Of a DNA stretch of 46,876 nucleotides, positions 43,347 to 46,876 are shown piece after piece. The notes under the pieces were generated by a model. The model ran no database searches and was not told the origin of the DNA. It saw nothing but the letters and a program-made list of their open reading frames with translations. The stretch comes from an uncultured euryarchaeote. Lineage in GTDB: Archaea; Thermoplasmatota; Thermoplasmata; UBA10834. Location: contig CALMQK010000294.1 of the NCBI GenBank assembly GCA_937872085.1, forward strand, positions 1 through 46,876, in the 5' to 3' direction. Every line of letters starts with the position of its first letter. Positions within the stretch are counted from its first letter, which is position 1. Position numbers and translations under genes: made by a program.

Positions 43347-44030
43347 ATGGTGACGATGGCTGCTCTGCATGCGCTGACCGCCGAATTGCACGGTGGGATG
43401 CTGACTCTAGCGTTCTTCGCCATCGCGACCGTGGCATTGGCACAGATCACCGTGCGATTGAAGGACCATATGCCCAAGAGGCTCGTCAAGGCGGCGATTC
43501 AGGTTAGGGGGTACACGGAGGCGACGGGATACGTCGCCACGATTGGAGGTCTGGTGGGGCTGCTGCTATCTTCTTACACGGGAATGTACGCATGGCCGCA
43601 AGATGCCCTCATCAACGACCCTGTCGTCCAGAACAAGATTCTGCTGACGGCTTTCTCGACCGCCCTCTGGATCGGAGTGGCGATCATCAGGACGAGGTTC
43701 GGAAGGGGGTTATGGACATGCCCGGCGATGGCGACGCTCTACACAGCGCTCGCGATCGCTGCATTCGGCGTGGTCGGTCTGACTGGATCCCTTGGGGCAC
43801 ACCTCACCAAGGGAGGCAGCCTCCTGGATCCTTTCTGGGATTTCCTGCACATCGATGTCGCCGAGACCATGAGCCTCGCACCTGTGGCCGCTGTGCTTGT
43901 CGCGATGGGGAGCATGGTGGCCTTCGTCGTATCCTTGGCGATCGCTAGAAGATACGAGCTTTTCGGTGTCAAGCTCGAAGCGGAGACCTGCGGGAAGTAC
44001 TTCAAATGGGACGAGCCGAGGATCCCGTGA
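43347..44030 (+). CDS. Polytopic membrane protein (5-6 TM; His-containing, DUF2231-like pattern), translationally coupled to the CX3CH protein
   Basis: The ATG directly abuts the upstream TAA (TAAATG), with GGGGGG 9 nt upstream. Motifs LHALTAELHGGMLTLAFF and GSLGAHLTKGG lie in or near TM helices. Confidence 0.5.
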   Translation: MVTMAALHALTAELHGGMLTLAFFAIATVALAQITVRLKDHMPKRLVKAAIQVRGYTEATGYVATIGGLVGLLLSSYTGMYAWPQDALINDPVVQNKILLTAFSTALWIGVAIIRTRFGRGLWTCPAMATLYTALAIAAFGVVGLTGSLGAHLTKGGSLLDPFWDFLHIDVAETMSLAPVAAVLVAMGSMVAFVVSLAIARRYELFGVKLEAETCGKYFKWDEPRIP

Positions 44031-44246
44031 AGGGCATGTTCTAGGAAGCCGATCAAAGGTATGTCGCCCCGGTTGCCCCCATACCAGGCGGACCCAGCGG
44101 TCAGCTGACGGAATATCGACATCAGAGCCTGGCTCAGTAAAGAACCGGACGGAGGGCTGATCGTGGCACCACATGTACCACCCGATGACGTTACAGAACC
44201 ATGGGCTCACAAAGGATTTCTACCCGCCAACTCTACCGGAACTAGC

Positions 44247-45215
44247 ATGCCGAACCTGAACGTTGCAGTCCTCGGATCTCCGGAATACGCAAAAGGGCTC
44301 GGGAAGATATCGACGGCTTCCGACATTACCTTCTACGACATGAAGCAGGGCGAAGTGACGGTCTCCCTCGTCGAGCCCACGAAGTACCCCGAGAAACTCG
44401 CCCCGCTCTTCTACTCGACTTCGCTCGCGGACGTCGCCATCGTCGTCGTCGACGAGCTGGGCCCGGCCTTCGGTGAGACCGCGATCATGCTCGACTGCGT
44501 GGGCGTGAAGAAAGGATATTTGGTCCTCAGGAACTACATCGCGCCCGAGCAGATAGCCCCGTTGACGAAAGGCACCGTCCTCGAGGGGTACATCACAGTG
44601 AACGATGATCCCCTCACTCTCAGAGAGACCCTCCTCTCGGAGGCTAGGAAGTTGGTCCCGGAAGAGCCAGATGCGAAGAACCACGCAGGTTCCGTACCCG
44701 TGGACCACTACTTCGATGTGAAGGGTGTCGGAACCGTCGTCCTGGGATGCGTTGCAGAGGGGACGATAAGAAAACACGATTCCGTCAAGGTCCTGCCTTC
44801 GGATAAGCAGGCGGAGATAAGGTCCGTCCAGAAGCACGATGACGATTTCGATTGGGCGGTCCAAGGCGACCGGGTCGGGTTCGCGCTCAAGGGAGTCTCG
44901 ATCGAGGACCTCGACCGTGGGACTGTCCTGACGAACAACGGAGCCATCATCTCCCGCAGGACCATAACCGGACGGGCAGAGCTGGTGAAGTACTGGTCGA
45001 AACCCTTGGCCGTGGGTATGGTTGTGCATCTCGGACATTGGATGCAGTTCGAACCTGCTAGGATAGAATCCGTGGACGTTGGGGATGACTGGAGGGCGCC
45101 CATGCTCACGCTGTCTCTCCAGAAGGACCTCGTGTACATCCCGGGCTCGAAGGCGGTCGTCACCCACCTTGAGGGATCGAAGCTCCGTGTAGCCGCGACC
45201 ATCACGCTGCAGTGA
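44247..45215 (+). CDS. EF-Tu/SelB-like translational-GTPase-fold protein with degenerate G motifs
   Basis: Domain II/III-like beta-barrels (VDHYFDVKGVGTVVLGCVAEGTIRKHD, VGFALKGV..DLDRGTVL). The P-loop position reads GSPEYAKGLGK and no NKxD is seen. Start at ATG 44247. Confidence 0.65.
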   Translation: MPNLNVAVLGSPEYAKGLGKISTASDITFYDMKQGEVTVSLVEPTKYPEKLAPLFYSTSLADVAIVVVDELGPAFGETAIMLDCVGVKKGYLVLRNYIAPEQIAPLTKGTVLEGYITVNDDPLTLRETLLSEARKLVPEEPDAKNHAGSVPVDHYFDVKGVGTVVLGCVAEGTIRKHDSVKVLPSDKQAEIRSVQKHDDDFDWAVQGDRVGFALKGVSIEDLDRGTVLTNNGAIISRRTITGRAELVKYWSKPLAVGMVVHLGHWMQFEPARIESVDVGDDWRAPMLTLSLQKDLVYIPGSKAVVTHLEGSKLRVAATITLQ

Positions 45216-45364
45216 AACGTGATAGGGTCGGGAGATCCACTCTCGAGCCAGCGTCCAGCCCGCTGAATTGAGCAACCCCCACGAAAACGCCTTATAGCGC
45301 ACAGTCGCTCAATCATCGTTCATCTCTGCTCCTGTACGGAACAGGTGGACTAGGAGGAACGGGC

Positions 45365-46876
45365 ATGGGGGAATCCGCCAATCATCGACTTAGGGCCTTA
45401 TTGTGTGTTTCAGTGGCCATCGTCATGGTCCTGACTGTTCTGCCATCGATGCAATCATCATTCAGTGACGATAAGGAGAGGAGCGCGGAGATCCTCGCGA
45501 ACGGGTCCAGGACACTCAACGTAGGCATAGTTGACCTCGTTGGATCAGTGTCGACATTGAATCCCTTCGTGTATACAATGTCCGCAGAGTTTGACATCAT
45601 ATGGCCTTGCTACAGCACGATGCTCACCTACGATATCAATGCGAGATTGACAGGCGACCTCGCCACATCGTGGAGCCTTGCGCCGGACAATGTCACCTGG
45701 AACTTCAAGCTGGCCCAGAATGCTTACTTCATCGATCCTGCCAATCCTACATCGATTGCCCGCCTCGTCACAGCTGCAGATGTCATGTGGACGTTCTGGG
45801 AGCTGAACAACGACACCAAGAACCACCTTTCATCCTACTTCAACAACGGCGGCGTTAGAATCATAGACTCCATGTGGACAGGAGCGAACCAGTGGGATCT
45901 ATACGTTAAGATGAAGATGCCCTATGCCCCGTTCCTGGGCGCCTTGACCGTGATCCCAATCGTGCCGGAGTACATCTGGGGTCATCTGACCGGTGGGATG
46001 ACCCCCATTACGTACAGGAACATCCCACCGATCGGGTCCGGAGCGTTCTACTACGCCACGGTCGGATTGCCGACCGCCGGAGTGGCGGTCATGAAGAGGA
46101 ACCCGCATTGGTTCCAGGAAGCAAACAGGGGTTGGCAAATCCACATTGACACTCTGCAATACAAGAACGAGATGACCACGACTTTGGCCTGGAATCAGTT
46201 GACGATGAGCCCGCCCCAGATAGACATCTATCTCAATGTCGCTCGGGATCAATACTTCAACATCACGACCCCGGGGATAATCAGATGGGCTCAGAGCACG
46301 GGATTCATGTACGAGTATCAACTCAACCAGTTGAGCCTTGCGCAGCGCGCCGCGCTTGGCATGACAAATGGCTACAACAACCAGCTGCTCCTCAACCAGA
46401 CGGTGAAGATGGCGATGGCCATGTGCGTGAACAAGCAGGCTTTCATCGATCAGGTCCTCATGGGACTCGGTAGCGTTGCTGATTCGCTGGTGCCCGACGT
46501 CAACCCGTGGCATTACACCTACCCGAACCCGGTACAGTACGACCCATCGGCCGCTAGGGCCCTCCTCATGGAGGCGGGTTGGGACCACGATTCGGTCGGG
46601 AACCCCGCGACTAGCACTACTGTCCCCTTGTACAAGTACGGAGCGGTGAACCATACCGTGTATCAACCGCTCTCCTTCCGTTTGATGACCTTGACCACGA
46701 GCGCTGACTGGGTAATTGGCGGCGGTCTGCTCAAGCAGTGGGCGGCGCTTGGAGGTGTCGAGCTGAGGCTCGAACTGGTCTCAGTGGGCCAGGCGAACAG
46801 TGCCTGGTATGCCGGCAACTATGACACATGGCTCTGGGACTGGGTGTTCACACCCACCTCAGATCCGTCCACGGAC
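45365..46876 (+). CDS. Partial CDS: extracellular solute-binding protein, family 5 (peptide/nickel ABC transporter), runs off the window end
   Basis: ATG at 45365 with GGAGG 8 nt upstream and an N-terminal signal/anchor (LRALLCVSVAIVMVLTVL). Family-5 patterns DLATSW.....VTWNFKL, IGSGAFYY and GNYDTWLWDW. Open frame of 504 codons to the window end; absent from the ORF track because no stop is reached. Confidence 0.8.
   Translation, partial: MGESANHRLRALLCVSVAIVMVLTVLPSMQSSFSDDKERSAEILANGSRTLNVGIVDLVGSVSTLNPFVYTMSAEFDIIWPCYSTMLTYDINARLTGDLATSWSLAPDNVTWNFKLAQNAYFIDPANPTSIARLVTAADVMWTFWELNNDTKNHLSSYFNNGGVRIIDSMWTGANQWDLYVKMKMPYAPFLGALTVIPIVPEYIWGHLTGGMTPITYRNIPPIGSGAFYYATVGLPTAGVAVMKRNPHWFQEANRGWQIHIDTLQYKNEMTTTLAWNQLTMSPPQIDIYLNVARDQYFNITTPGIIRWAQSTGFMYEYQLNQLSLAQRAALGMTNGYNNQLLLNQTVKMAMAMCVNKQAFIDQVLMGLGSVADSLVPDVNPWHYTYPNPVQYDPSAARALLMEAGWDHDSVGNPATSTTVPLYKYGAVNHTVYQPLSFRLMTLTTSADWVIGGGLLKQWAALGGVELRLELVSVGQANSAWYAGNYDTWLWDWVFTPTSDPSTD

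Noticed and set aside
1-46876. Search by eye for tRNA, rRNA, CRISPR arrays, transposases, integrases, or direct repeats flanking the acs or ccm islands
   Set aside because: None were found. Intergenic regions are short, and none shows tRNA-like acceptor or T-arm patterns or regularly spaced repeats. Lateral acquisition of the acs cluster therefore cannot be tied to a visible mobile element in this window. A covariance-model scan would be needed to exclude small ncRNAs.

Overview
GC-rich (by eye, not computed), densely coding chromosomal fragment that looks archaeal. It carries archaeal-type Nep1, PurP, RpoK, uS2 and RPA plus an RPA-associated protein. AT-rich TATA-like boxes sit about 25-45 nt upstream of several start codons, GGAGG-like ribosome-binding sites are common, and GTG/TTG starts are frequent. 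I call about 47 CDS. By eye I found no rRNA, tRNA, CRISPR array, transposase or integrase.

Two islands stand out.

(1) 13.8-26.3 kb is a bacterial-type (AcsE/folate-style) carbonyl-branch Wood-Ljungdahl cluster. It contains acsE, a DUF3786-like gene, RACo, two CXC-motif CooC-type NTPases, acsC, acsD, a CooT-like 63-aa protein and a tandem-ACT protein. Most unusually, CODH (AcsA) and acetyl-CoA synthase (AcsB) are fused into one 1384-aa ORF.

(2) 36.6-44.0 kb is a variant System I cytochrome c maturation operon, ccmA-B-C-D-E-(sORF)-F. CcmE has the CXXXY variant motif, no ccmG or ccmH is present, and CcmC carries an insertion of about 140 aa outside the membrane. Divergently transcribed from it is a secreted Ig-like protein whose only haem-type motif is a rare CX3CH, translationally coupled to a polytopic membrane protein.

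Other notable items:
- a cupredoxin (PEF-CTERM-like tail) plus FTR1 iron permease pair, with a perfect 16-bp DtxR-box-like palindrome at the permease promoter;
- a Nep1 methyltransferase with a tandem-repeat lysine-rich tail;
- tandem zinc-ribbon membrane paralogs;
- degenerate KaiC-like and EF-Tu-like proteins;
- a secreted clostripain-family peptidase and a family-5 peptide-binding protein.

The peptide-use genes together with a Wood-Ljungdahl cluster fit a sediment peptide-fermenting or acetogenic archaeon. A Thermoplasmatota/MBG-D-like origin is only an inference. All family calls come from motif recognition by eye; no database search was run.
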